From Octopus vulgaris (taxonomy: Eukaryota): DNA of 64,000 bases. The stretch covers positions 35,278,001-35,342,000 of the forward strand of contig OX597820.1 in assembly GCA_951406725.2 (NCBI GenBank), in the 5' to 3' direction. Both the position numbers and the translations under genes were made by a program. The stretch's first letter is position 1. Each line of letters opens with the position of its first letter. Under the pieces are notes generated by a model. That model searched no databases and was not told the DNA's origin. It saw only the letters and a program-made list of their open reading frames with translations. Shown here one piece after another: positions 25,877-40,369 of the stretch.

Positions 25877-26116
25877 GGAGTAAACACATAAATGTGAAAC
25901 AAGGTGGAAAAAAGAGTACTCAAATACCAGTGGTAGAGTAATATGCTTTATTTAAAGCAGCAGAAAATTCAACAAAACCTGCACTCTGAGTTTCCGTTGC
26001 CGTTCATCGGACAGTTTTTGCTATTTTGCTAGAATCTAGCAAAAACTGTCCGATGAACGGCAACGGGAAACTCAGAGTAACAGGTTTTGTTGAATTTTCT
26101 GGTGCTTTAAATAAAG
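25875..26116. mobile_element. Short fold-back copy of the 20941 family
   Basis: Same terminus ccggagtaaacacata after (TA)n; arms ~25945-26023 / 26036-26116; both hammerhead copies read CCGAUGA. Confidence 0.85.
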
Positions 26117-26236
26117 TATATATATATATATATATACAATTTAAAAATAGGATTTATTTTGGTAGTTTTGACTTTAAGTGTCCCTCCTAGCTTGTGGCAT
26201 TTATGTATAGTAATGCCCTCTATATAATATAAATAA

Positions 26237-26276
<40 letters not shown>

Positions 26277-26590
26277 TTAATAAAGTAGAAGATGGAATGT
26301 ATATTAGACTTTTATTAAGTACAACATTATATATATATAATAACAAATTAATAAATAAAACATGCATATATATATGTATACATATATGTACGTACCCACA
26401 TCTATAAGCATATATACATGCATATAAGGGTACGCCGAACACAATGAGAAACGAAAACAAACACAAAACCAAGGAAATGGACATTTTTCTTAAACAACGA
26501 AAAAATAGAGTACAGGACATACAACACAAGGAACATTCCCCTTCATCAGCCGCCTCTGTTTCATCTACTCCGCGTTGCGCACAATTGCAT

Positions 26591-26988
26591 ATAATAATAA
26601 TGAAATGAATTGTATACAGTGCTCAGGTGCACCACAACTTGTCAGAAAGTGCATATAAAGTACATGCAGTAATGTAGAAATGTCTGGAAAGCGAACAATG
26701 TATGAGTCAGATACATGCTTGTGTGTGTATGGAGGGGAGAAAATCAAGTGTAGTGTTGGCGAATCTCAGGAAGCATGGAAGTTTTGAAGGATGCAGTGCT
26801 CCGACAACTAACAACTGATGCCGGCAGTTTGTTCCATGCTTCAGCAACCCTCAGCGTGAAAAAATGTTTCCTGAAGTCACGGGAGCTGTGCTGTTTTCTT
26901 ACTTTGTAAATATGTCCACGGGTGTTAGATGGGTGGAGTTTGAAAAGGTGCTCAGAGTTATTGTTTGTACGATGGTTGATAATTTTAT
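26591..26988 (-). mobile_element. CR1 LINE 3' end
   Basis: SNTRGHIYKVRKQHSSRDFRKHFFTLRVAEAWNKLPASVVSCRSTASFK is a classic CR1 C-terminus; 3'UTR with short (ATT)n tail. Confidence 0.85.
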
Positions 26989-27485
26989 GTTAATATATAT
27001 GTTAATTTATTCTATTTCAAAAAAAGTTTATTTTTACAATTTCTCACCATAACGCTATGAGCCGGATGCCTACTAGGAAATAACAATGTGCAAAAACATC
27101 AGAGCCGTATTCATGTACGGAGGTATTCGCCCACGTGGGTAAAAAGAAAAACAATGTGAATGTGTATGAATGTGTTTACATCCTTATCAGGTACACAGAA
27201 ATACCCGATGAGAAGAAACACCCGAAATACAGGACATTTTAATATTCAAATCTACTTCAGTACCTCTGATTTATGACGTGTTGAGCTTAATATACATAGA
27301 TGTATACACACACACAAATACACACACATACACACACATGACACACAGGCATACACATACACACATATATACTATAAGTATATTGTATATACCTCTTGGT
27401 ATATAAACAAGCGTTTATACATACATACATAAACACATAGATAGATAGATACATACATACATACATACATACATACATACATACA

Positions 27486-27518
<33 letters not shown>

Positions 27519-27951
27519 TACATACACTATAGCTGTGTGGTGATGAAGGTCGATTGGTACAAAATCGTCTCAAAAACAGTCCCACTACGTGGCGCTTTGG
27601 GCGAGAGTCCTCTACGATAACCCAGATCGACCAATCATTCCTAGATGAATTGGATATACAGAAATTGTGTGAAGGCGGCGAGGTACCAGAAACGTTAGCG
27701 CGCCGGGCGAAATGCTTAGCGGTATTTCGTCTGCCGCTACGTTCTGAGTTCAAATTCCGCCGAGGTCGACTTTGCCTTTCATCCTTTCGGAGTCGATTAA
27801 ATAAGTACCAGATATGCACCGGGGTCGATATAATCGACTTAGAACGTTTGTCTGTCCTTGTTTGTACCCTCTGTGTGTAGCCCCTTGTGGGCAGTAACGA
27901 TTTAAGAAATTGTGTGAAAGCTTGTCGGTCACACATACGCACAAACGTGGG

Positions 27952-27999
<48 letters not shown>

Positions 28000-28466
28000 A
28001 CCCGTGGCTGTGTGATAAAAAGCTTGCTTTCCAACCCAACCGCATAGTTCCGGGTTCAATGCTACTGCGTGGAACCTTGGGCAAGTGTCTTGTACTCTAG
28101 CCTTGAGTCGACCAAAGTATTGTGAGTGGATTTGATAGACGGAAATTGAAATAAGCCCGTCAAATATATGTGTATAAACATGTATTGTTTGTCTCTCTCC
28201 CATTGCTTGATAACCGATGCTGGTGTGTTTATGTTCCCCGTAACCTAGCAATTCAGCAAAAGAAACACATAGAATCAATACTTGGCTTACAAAGATTAAC
28301 GCGGTGCTCTAGCATGGCCGCAGTCAAATGACTGAAAGAAGTAAAAGAATAAAAGAATATGCACGATGGACTTCGACACAGTTTTTGTCTGTCTGTGTGT
28401 GTGTGTTTGTGTGTGTGTGTGAGTGTGTGTGTGTGAGTGTATGTGTGTTTGTGTGTGTATGAGTGC

Positions 28467-28507
<41 letters not shown>

Positions 28508-28537
28508 AGTGTGTTTGTGAGTGTGTTTGTGAGTATG

Positions 28538-28575
<38 letters not shown>

Positions 28576-28766
28576 TGTGTGTGTGTGTGAGTGTGTGTGT
28601 GCGAGTGTGTGTGCGCGTGTGTGCGCGTTCGAGTTTCTGTATGAGATTGACACCCCACTTACCCCGTCACTAGACAACTGTTGTTGCTTGGTTTACGATT
28701 TTGTAACTTAGCGCTTGGGCATAAGAAATCGAGAGAGAGAGAGAGAGAGACAGAGAGAGAGACAGC

Positions 28767-28797
<31 letters not shown>

Positions 28798-29429
28798 AGT
28801 ACTAGACTTAAAAAACAACAACAACAAAAACTATGCGATTTGTTCAACTGAAACACACGCACACACATACAAACACACATACGCATACACATACACACAA
28901 ACACTCACAAACACACACATGAAAATCTGACGCAGAACGCTTGAATTTATCCGCATCCGCAAATATTAAGTTATTTAAAACATATTACTTTGATTTCAGT
29001 ATTTATATAATTTCTTTTTGCTAGTCGTTGTATCGTTATTTGTTATTTCACGGTTTAATCGTCTGTTTTTTAATTATCATCATCATCATCATCATCATCA
29101 TAATCATCATCACCATCGTCATTATTATCATTATTGCTGTTGTTGTTCATATCGTTATTACTATTTTTTTGTTGTTGCTGTTGCAGTTGTTGATGTTGTG
29201 TTACAATATATTATAAGCCACGCAGAAAAGAATTACAAAGATTATCAAGATTATGAAAGATTTCGACACATGCCAGTTCGGATAAGAAGGGAATATCAGA
29301 AAATAGAACTGCAAATTAAAAGCAGAATATGGCGAAGTAACCTTTATGTCCGTGTGTGCGCGGGCCTATGTATTCATACACATTATATGTGATTGTGTCT
29401 ATGTATGTGTGTATATTTATATTCATATA

Positions 29430-29512
<83 letters not shown>

Positions 29513-29790
29513 ATGCATATATATATATATACATATATATATACACACACATACACATATATAGACATATACATGTAAGTATAAAGAAGTGTATACGTGC
29601 GCGTATATACAAATGTACACAAACACACATTTATATCCTTACGTAGACAGAGGCATACACAAACACATACATACAATCACACACGCACGTTAGTCATGTG
29701 CTTACATATATCATATTGTTCGTTTATTTATTTATTCCACCTTCGCGTTGTTAATTTCAAGTATTTGGGAAAATAAATGGACATATCCAC

Positions 29791-29842
<52 letters not shown>

Positions 29843-30218
29843 GCATACAAACATACATACATACATACACACATACATACGTATATACATGCATACATAC
29901 ATACATACATACATACATACATACATACATACATACATACGTATATATATATATAAATATATATATACACACATTTATACATATATATTCATCTATACAT
30001 ATATATATATATTCATATATATACATATATGTATATATTAATGTATGTGTTTACATGTGTATGTGTCTGGGTGGGTGTGAATGTATGTGTGTGTAAATAT
30101 ATAGTTGCTTGTATGTATCTGCGTATATACGTATGTATATATATTTATATACATATGTACATATATATATACATAATATATATATATATATATATATACA
30201 TATAATTATATATACATA

Positions 30219-30287
<69 letters not shown>

Positions 30288-30455
30288 TTGCATAGTGTAC
30301 ATACAGAAATAGATTAAAGCATGCATACATACATACAATAATACGCGTTTGCATAATAAAAATGAATATCCAGCTGATTGCCAGCAAAAATTGCTTCAAG
30401 CGATGCATTTTCACAAGATTTCCGCCATTACGGATAATAATAGCTTAATTACTCA

Positions 30456-30496
<41 letters not shown>

Positions 30497-30868
30497 TGAT
30501 GATGATGATGATGATGATAGTAAATTAACAATAATGATAAGGGGGGAAAGAGAAAAGGTGTAAAAGAAGAAGAAAAAGAAAAGGAAGAAGAAAAAGAAGA
30601 AGGAGAAAAAGAAGAAGAAGAAGAAGAAGAAGAAGAAGACGAAAGACAAATATATTATATTATTTTATATATAATATGGACATATCCATATACATTTATT
30701 AACATATTATTTTTATAGACAGAGGCGCGTATATATATGCAGATATACACACGCATATATGTATGTAGGCATGTATGTGTGTATGTATGTTTGTATATAC
30801 ATAGACAGAAAGGTAGAGAGAGAGGTGAGAAAGTAAATAACTCAGTGTGTGTGTATATATATACATAT

Positions 30869-30913
<45 letters not shown>

Positions 30914-30967
30914 TACATATATAATATATATATATGCGAATATATGTGTATATATTCATATATATGA

Positions 30968-31301
30968 ATGGCTCAGTGGTTAGAGCGTCGAGCTTATTAT
31001 CGTGAGGTTGTGAGCTCGAATCCCGGACCGGGCTGCGTGTTGTGTTCTTGAGCAAAAGCACTTTATTTCACGTTGCTCCAGTTCACTCAGCTGTAGAAAT
31101 GAGTTGCGACGTCACTGGTGCCAAGCTGTATCGACCTTTGTCTTTCCCTTGGATAACATCGGTGGCGTGGAGAGGGGAGGCTGGTATGCATGGGCGACTG
31201 CTGGTCTTCCATAAACAACCTTGCCCGGACTTGTGTCTAGGAGGATAACTTTCTAGGTGCAATCCCATGGTCATTCATGACCGAAGGGGGTCTTTACCCT
31301 T
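30968..31301 (+). mobile_element. SINE family D (tRNA head, CORE-like block, RTE-like tail)
   Basis: tggctcagtggttag..ctcgaatccc, gtgttcttgagcaaaagcactt; copies at 24418-24690, 50578-50912 and 59140-59460 (all -). Confidence 0.8.
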
Positions 31302-31627
31302 TTTATTCATATATATTCGCAAGTTTCGCTATGAGGTATGTAGCTTGCTTACCAATCAAATAGGTCCGGGTTCAGCCTCACTGCGTGGCACCTTGAGCTG
31401 GTGTTTCCTACTATAGGCTCGGGCCTTGTGAGTGGATTTCGTTGACGGAAACTGAAAGAAGCTCGCAAATTACCAGTTCGGTAAAAGTGACCGACAGAAT
31501 AAGGACTAGGCTTACAAAAAATAGTTCTGGGGCGATTTGTTCGACTAAAGGTGGTGCTCCAGCATGGCCGCAGACAAATGACTAAAACAAAATAATAAAA
31601 GAATATACATACATATTTACATATATA

Positions 31628-31935
<308 letters not shown>

Positions 31936-32329
31936 GGTGTCCGCGTGAGCGTGCGGTAAATAGTTAATTAAAAATAACGGGAAAAAGACAAGAAGGAAAC
32001 TCCAACTCTATGTGTATGTGTTTGTGTGTGTGGTATTAACTGTTTACATGTGTTTGCTTTGTGTGAGTGGGCTGTGTGTGTTAATTTCATAGTGAGAGAT
32101 CAGCAGCTATGGTGACAGGTTACGACATTAACATACACACGTAGACCACTAATACAAACACATGTAAAGAGTTAATACCACACATTTATCCATACACACA
32201 GTTACCACCACACGCACACATGCTACCACGCACACACACGATATTACATATGTACACGTGCCACCACATGCACATACACACACCCACGATCAAACACGCA
32301 CACGCACACACCCACGCACGCGAGCGCAG

Positions 32330-33200
32330 TTGATTACATCAACACAAATTCTCAGCTGGTACTTATTTTATCGATCCGAAAGGACGAAAGGCAAAATCGA
32401 CCTCAGTGCAAATGGTATCAAAATTTGCCACAGGGACAGCAAGTTCGGAGGAAGGGATGAGTCAATTACATTGACGCCAGTGTTTAACTGGTACTATCAA
32501 CCCAGAACGATAAAAGACAAAATCGACCTCTGCGGAATTTGAACTCAGAACGGACCGGCGGGCAAGATATTGAAAAGCATATATTTTCTACTCTATGCAC
32601 AAGGGCCGAAATTTTTGAGGTGGGGGCCAGTCGATTAGGTCGACCCCAGTGCGTAACTGGTACTTAATTTATCAATCCCGAAAGGATGAAAAACAAAGTC
32701 GATCTTGGTGGAATTTAAACTCAGAACATAAAGATAGACGAAATACCGCTAAGCATTTCGCCCGGCGTGCTAACGTTTCTGCCAGCTCGCTGCCTTAATA
32801 ATTCCAAAAATTTCAAATAATTTCAAAAATTTGGCATAAGACTGGCAATTTCTGAGTGGGTAATGCAGTCGATTATGTCTACTCCACTACTTAACTGGTA
32901 TTTATTTCACTGCTCACCAAATAGATGAAAGGAAAAGTCGAGCTGAGCGGAATTTGAACTCAGAACATAAAGACGGAAGAAATTCAGCTAAGCATTTTGT
33001 CGGACGCCCTAACGATTCTGACTGTTCTTCGCCATAATAATAATTGTCCTTTCTACTACAGGCACAAAGCCTAAACTTTTGAGGGTATGGCTCGGCGATA
33101 AAAAGGATGAAATGCAAAGTCAACCTCGGTGGTACTTGAACTCGGAGTGCAATCACAGACGAGATGCCGTTAAGCATTCTGTCCATCGCACTAATGCCGC
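32330..33200 (-). mobile_element. Cluster of same-orientation SINE B copies
   Basis: Repeated ggaatttgaactcagaac / gatgaaaggcaaagtcgacc motifs. Confidence 0.8.
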
Positions 33201-33848
33201 TTCCCTTGTCCGTATGACTGAATTATATTTTCTCCTTTTGGAGACTATATTTTTAGATATATAGAATCAGCAATAATTAAAAAGTGGGTGTATATTCTTT
33301 AGGTGCAAGAACACCATAAATGAGTTGGCTGAACAACAGCAGGGAATTGCCAAGAATATAAATGATAAAAGATATAAGGTTGATTGACCAACGAGAAGGT
33401 TAAAAGACGTCATCATCTCTTGCTGTGAACCTACAACCTCTCCAGGCTACATACGTCGATCGGTTAATATTAGATAACAAAATCTTTTGTTATAAAACAT
33501 GTATGGCTTCATCATTGGTGCTGGCCCTTCTCGGTTCGTTCTTTGTATTCTATTGTTAGATTTTATGTTAATCAGAATCACCGTAAAGATGCGTGTACAG
33601 AAAGACGGATGGAGTTTTATGGCGTCGTTTGGGAAAATGAATAGACGGCAATCTGTGTCAACATTAATGGTAAGAAATGGCAAATAATAGAGGAAGAATG
33701 CAAAACAGATCTAATACAGAGCAAGGAAGACAATGAGAGTGGAATAGTGTGATATATGTGTGTGTATGTGTGTGCATCTATTTATCTATCTATCTATCTA
33801 TTTATCTATAGATATACATACACATTTATATAATATACATATATACAC

Positions 33849-33942
<94 letters not shown>

Positions 33943-34125
33943 ATATATATATATATATATATACATGTGCGCACAAACACGCACACACACACGCACGCGC
34001 ACATACACATACGTTTGTAAAACTTTCATACAGAAAAGATTGACACATTCATATGTATGTATACATATGTATATGTATATATGTATATTCATATGCATGT
34101 ACATATATGTGTGTATACAAGCAGT

Positions 34126-34158
<33 letters not shown>

Positions 34159-36117
34159 ATGTATGTATGTATATATATACATAGATACAAACATATACAC
34201 ATGCAAACATAGATATACGCATGCACACACATATATACATACATACATGCATAAAAAAAAAGAGATAGAAGTCAAAACGATGCAAAATATAAACAAAGAA
34301 TATAGGGGAAGGAAATGGACAGAAAAACAAAACAAAAAATAGAAAGACGGAAAAGAAAAAAGAAGAAAGATTGATTGAAAAGAAAAGAAAAATGAAGAAA
34401 GATTGATTGAAAAGAAGAGAAAATAAAAGAGACAGAAGACAAAAAATGCAGTGAAAAAACAGGAAAAACATAGAAAGAAGATGATAAAAACCTAAAGGCG
34501 TGAGAGATAATAAAAGTGCCCACTAAATCAACAAAACATAAAAAGAAAAGGACTCAAATCTTATCATAACAATAAATAAAAGAACGACCAATCAGATAGA
34601 CGATATCAATGAATTAATGCAAATACAAGGCAAATGTGTGTAAATAGAATGATACTTATTGAGTATTTATGAACACACAACAGGAGAGAATCAAAGCAAT
34701 CGTTTTTTGTTGATATTTGCGGCAAGCAGACGACACCTTCTAAGATGGCGTTCTTGTAAACTGTTACTCTAACGAATTATTTAAAACATATAGGAAATTG
34801 CCTGCATTTCCTCTGAGATTGCCATTCTTTTTGGGTTTTTTTTTACATGTTTCTATTTGTTTGCTTCAGTCATTTAACTGCAGCCATTTTGGAACACCTC
34901 CTTGAAGAATTTTTGGTCGAATGGTTCGATCACAGTACTTTCTTTAAAAGTCTGGTACTTATTTTATCGTCAATTTTTGCCGAACGGCTAAGTTACGAGG
35001 ACGTAAACACACCAACATCGGTTATCAAACGGTGGGAACACAGTCACAAAGATAGGCACACACACACACAAACACACACTTTTTTCTTTCTTTGCGATTT
35101 TTTAAAGCCTAGCCAGGCACATGGGCCCAGTTTCTACGGCTTAAGTGTTCCCCGGCTGGACGGGACGCCAGTCCATCGCAGCGTTACTCATTTTTGCCAG
35201 CTGAGTGGACTGGAGCAACGTGAAATGAAGTGTTTTGCTCAAGAACACAACGCGTCGCCCGGTCCAGAAATCGGAACCACAATCTTACGATCATGATGCT
35301 GACACCCTAACTACTAAGCTACGCGCCTCCACCACACACACGTGTATATATATATACATATAAAGCAGTCAGATCTAATTGGCCTGAACCATCTTCTGAC
35401 AAAGCAACAGCAACGATGACAAGAAGAACAACTGTTCCTCCTTTTGTCTATAATAATCCTTTCTTCTTTAGGCACAAGGCCTGAAATTTCGATGAAGGAG
35501 GAAAGTCGATCATAATAACCCTATTGACTGGTGCTTAATTTATCGACCCAGAAAGGATGAAAGACAAAGTCGACCTCGGTGGAATTCGATTTTAGAACAC
35601 GAAGAGAGACGACATGCCGCTAAGTATTACACCCGGTGTGCTAACGATTCTACCCGCTCGTTGACTTCCTCTTGTCTGTAATAATGAATTATATTTTCTC
35701 ATATCGGAATTCCTGTTGTTAAATAAATTTCGTCAGCAGCAGTTAAGCAGTTAAGAAAATTCTTTAGGCAAAAGTATTGTTCGATTCCAGTTATGAAATA
35801 TAGACAGAAATGGGGCTGTTCGATCGACAGGCCAATGCCCGACCGATCGACAATGCTGACATCGTCAGCAAATTATAATTGCACAGGAATATTAATCTTT
35901 TGTTAGATTTTATCAGTTTGGAAATATAAATTTAGAATGTTGAATTAACAAAAGGATTATTTTCTTAAGGCTTAATCATAAAGATTAAAGAAATGACTGG
36001 AATCGTAGAAACCTTAGTATTTTTGTTGTTAATTTCACGACACAAATATATTCTGATATATGTGCATACATAAAAATATAGCAATTATTACAATGCATTA
36101 TTTACAATGATTTACAA

Positions 36118-36246
36118 AGGCGCAGGAGTGGCTGTGTGGTAAGTAGCTTGCTTACCAACCACATGGTTCCGGGTTCAGTCCCACGGCGTGGCACCTTGGA
36201 CAAGTGTCTTCTACTATAGCCGACGGAAACTGAAAGAAGCCCGTCG

Positions 36247-36281
<35 letters not shown>

Positions 36282-36495
36282 GCATGTATATGTTTGTGTG
36301 TGTGTTCATCCCTCCAACGTTGCTTGACAACCGATGCTGGTATGTTTACGTTTCCGTAACTTAGCGGTTCGGCAAAAGAGACCGATAGAATAAGTACTAG
36401 GCTTCCAAAGAATAAGTCCTGGGATCGAGTAAATGCGGTGCTCCAGCATGGCAGCAGTCAAATGACTGAAACAAGTAAAAGAGTAAAAGAGTAAT
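36118..36495 (+). mobile_element. SINE family A
   Basis: Head to tail, ending aagtaaaagagtaaaagag. Confidence 0.88.
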
Positions 36496-37643
36496 GATTT
36501 TTAGTAGAAGATGAATAGATGGCCCTGGAAGGCTGTGGTGTAGGAATTTGGTACAATATTGGTATAATGTACATTTTGATAGGCTTAAGCAAGAATTCTC
36601 TTCCATGTGATCAACAAGAAGTATCTAAATGTTGTTGATTTACCTTTTCCTTGTGTGTGTGTGTGTGGATTCTACAGTCGTCAATAACAGACGTGAGTTC
36701 TGCAATTTCTTGCTGAACAATCTGCTCACTTTATTTATATGTTTGTGCTGTACTTTAGCTCACTTTCCTTCATCAAATCAACTTTGCTTATACAATTCCA
36801 CAGTGTGCCGTGCCCCAGATCAGATGTCGAAGTGAATGCAGAGCAACATAAAATGAAGTGTTTTCCTCAAAAACACAACACACAGCACGGGCCTGGAGTC
36901 GAAAACGAAATCTTGCGTGTAACACCCTAACTTCTAAACCATGCTAGTTAACACCTAAATATAATAAGACTATGCAATTTCTTCCACCAACTTTTGGCTA
37001 AGTATCTGTATTAATGATAGCTATAGTTGCTTGAAAAACATCCCAACTCAAAAATCCTATAAAAGACAATGCCATAATCCCTCGGGGTTGCTGGAGTTAA
37101 ATCGACAAATCAATATTTCTTTCGTTGTCAGCTGTTCGTTGTAGGCTCGTATATTCAACTAAGCAAATTCTTTTTATCAGAACACTGAATAACAGAACAA
37201 GAAATATAGCCTGCCTCAGAGGTCTTGCGCTGAATATGATACATTTCAGTTAGGATTTCTTCTGTTATTCGATTTAAAAATTCAAGAATATATATATATA
37301 TATGAAGTAAAACATAAAGCATTTGTCTTATAACATTTTCTTAAGTGACTAAATTAAAATTATCAATAAACACAGGCTCAAGAGCTTCATACATCATAGA
37401 AGCTAGTAAAACTTCAACTTTATGCTTACATCCGCATTACAATAGAAAATACTGGAAATATAATTATAGTCAAAAAAGTACCAGATGCAAAATCTTCCCG
37501 TAACTTATACCACTTAAGTTTAGGAAATGATTCTTTATATTCGGCATTCGGGCAACGTTAGGTCCCACTGCTAGTGCACGCGCGCGCGTGTGCGTGCGTG
37601 CGTGGGTGTACGTGAGTGTGTGTATGTGTTCAAACATATATAC

Positions 37644-37693
<50 letters not shown>

Positions 37694-37850
37694 GTCTTTC
37701 TCTCCATCTCAGACTGTATGTTTACATACATACAAACATACATATAAACATACATGCATGAGTACGTACGTGCTTACGTACGAACATGCATAAAACAAAA
37801 TATACAAATCTGCATGCATACATACATACATACCTACAAACACACATACA

Positions 37851-37883
<33 letters not shown>

Positions 37884-37946
37884 GCATACATACATACATG
37901 CATACATGCATACATATATGCATGCATGCATACATACATACATACA

Positions 37947-37980
<34 letters not shown>

Positions 37981-38413
37981 CATACAAAAATACCCCGTTG
38001 TTGATGTTGAAATTCCAATGAAGGAACCCTGAATCTAAATTAGAAAGACCGGCTCTTTCTCTATTGGCAAAAAAAAACTTGAAATAAAACTGAACAATGA
38101 CATACATACATATGAGTGCATGAATGTGTGTGTGTGTATGTGTGTGTGCGTACGTGTGTGTGCGTGCGTGTGTGTGCGCGCGTGTGTGTGCATGTATGTA
38201 TAGTTTAACATCAGTATGACTGGACTCCATGCAACTTAAAGCTTCGTAGTTACGCAGAACGAATCGATGGAACTCCAAGTTGCACGCGGATCAGTCAAAG
38301 TGTAATTAAAAGATATATGAAACACCTACCAGATATGTTCAGGGCCACTCTCTTTACTTTGTCCACACACACACCTATGTGTATGTGTGTTTCTATGTAT
38401 GTATGTACATTTA

Positions 38414-38463
<50 letters not shown>

Positions 38464-38473
38464 CATACATACA

Positions 38474-38505
<32 letters not shown>

Positions 38506-38974
38506 CACACACACACGCACGCACACACACGCACGCACACACACACACACATAGTTAATTCAATTAAACGAACAATTACAAAACAGAAAAAAAGGAAAAG
38601 GCAAAAAGACAAACATGAAGATATGTACAAGAAGTATATTAATTTGATGCTCGATGAAGGGAGAGAGTTGTTGTTAATATTCCGAGCATAGCTCTTCGTC
38701 GTAAACAGGAAAGTCCAAAGAGAAAGTAGGAAATATAAGGAAAAATCGCCGATAATACGGTTTCCAACGATTAACATGTATATATATATATTTAATCGGT
38801 AAAACGCTTACAATACATACTCGTATGCACACACATACACATACATCTATGTATATAGACCTATATGTGTGTGTATTTATATATATACATATATCGTTCG
38901 TGAACAGTTGGCGATTTTTCCTTATATTTCCTTCTTTCTATTTCGAATTTCCTGTTTCCGACGAAGTATGTATA

Positions 38975-39402
38975 TATTCTTTTATTCTTTTAGTTGTTTC
39001 AGTCATTTGACTGCGGCCATGCTGTAGCACCACCTTTAGTCGAGCAAATCGACCCAGGACTTACTCTTTGTAAGCCTAGTACTTATTCCATCGGTCTCTT
39101 TTACCAAACCGGTGACGTAAATGCACCTGCATCGGTTGTCAAGCGATGTTGGAAGCACTAACACAGATACACAAATACACACACACACACACCTACACAC
39201 CCACACACACACGCACATACACACACACATATATATATACATACGATGGGCTTCTTTCAGTTTCCGTCTACCAAACCCACAAGGCTTTGGTCGGCCCGCG
39301 GCTATAGCGGAAAACACTTGCCCAAGAACTCACGCAGTCGGACTGAACCCGGAACGGTGTGGTTGGTAAGCAATCTACTTAACATACAGCCACTTCTGCG
39401 CC
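38975..39402 (-). mobile_element. SINE family A
   Basis: Reverse complement of 36118-36495, with internal (CA)n. Confidence 0.85.
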
Positions 39403-39449
39403 TATAGGTAGATAGATAGATGCATATATACGCATAAATATATATATAA

Positions 39450-39506
<57 letters not shown>

Positions 39507-39507
<1 letters not shown>

Positions 39508-39710
39508 CGCGCTGCTTGCCTTGGAGATTCTGTTGATGGTTTCAGCATCTATGTTGGCATTGCAGGAGAGTGCTGCCCAGGTAGTGTGAAGTTTTCCACC
39601 ACTCGTAGGATCCGTCCGTTCACCCTTATCTGAGGCTCATGGTATTGTTTGCCGGGGGCTGGCTGAAACATCACTTCGGTTTTCTTGGCACTGATGGTGA
39701 GACCGAAGTT
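39507..39710 (-). mobile_element. RTE (BovB-like) RT fragment
   Basis: NFGLTISAKKTEVMFQPAPGKQYHEPQIRVNGRILRVVENFT. Confidence 0.8.
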
Positions 39711-39724
39711 CTCTCTCTCTCTCT

Positions 39725-39786
<62 letters not shown>

Positions 39787-40369
39787 GAAACCTGCCCGGG
39801 AAGTAAACCCAAGTGCAAGTGCTCCTACCAGCACCAAAAGCCATGGAGATGAAAGAGCCAAAAAAGAAATAAAAGGAGGAAAAACTAAAAGAAGAACAAA
39901 AGATGAAACAGCCAAGGATAGAAGCAAACCTGACTATCCATGTACCAAAAAGGATAGAAACAGACAGCGCACACGAATATGTAAATTCTACATGAAAGGT
40001 GTCTGCTGGCATGGAGAGGAAGGTGCAGACTGCCGTTTTGCACATCAAAGACCCTGTCACATAAACTCGAAACACGTCAGAAACCAACTACCAAAAGGAA
40101 AAGGAATGGACCACGCACCACCTGCCCCAAAACGGAGGTACGCAGATGTGGTGCGTGCTACAAACCGCCAACATGTTATTGAAAGGGCAGCTGCTGAACA
40201 AGAATCTTTTTTGTGCATGGCACAAAAGATTGTACATCAGCTAACCTGGCTCCATCAAACTCAAACTCGCAGATGGGACTATCCACAATACACAAGACCG
40301 CCACAGCAAATAGACCCAAGGTGGACACCGCCGGCAACAGCATACACCTCATCTCGATGCTCCTACTGA
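39787..40369 (+). CDS. LINE ORF1 (5'-truncated) with CCCH zinc finger
   Basis: CKFYMKGVCWHGEEGADCRFAH (C-x7-C-x8-C-x3-H); basic; overlaps the start of ORF2. Confidence 0.7.

Noticed and set aside
26520-26580. Minus-strand ctgatgaagggg as a hammerhead
   Set aside because: No correctly placed GAAA/UH or closing helices visible.
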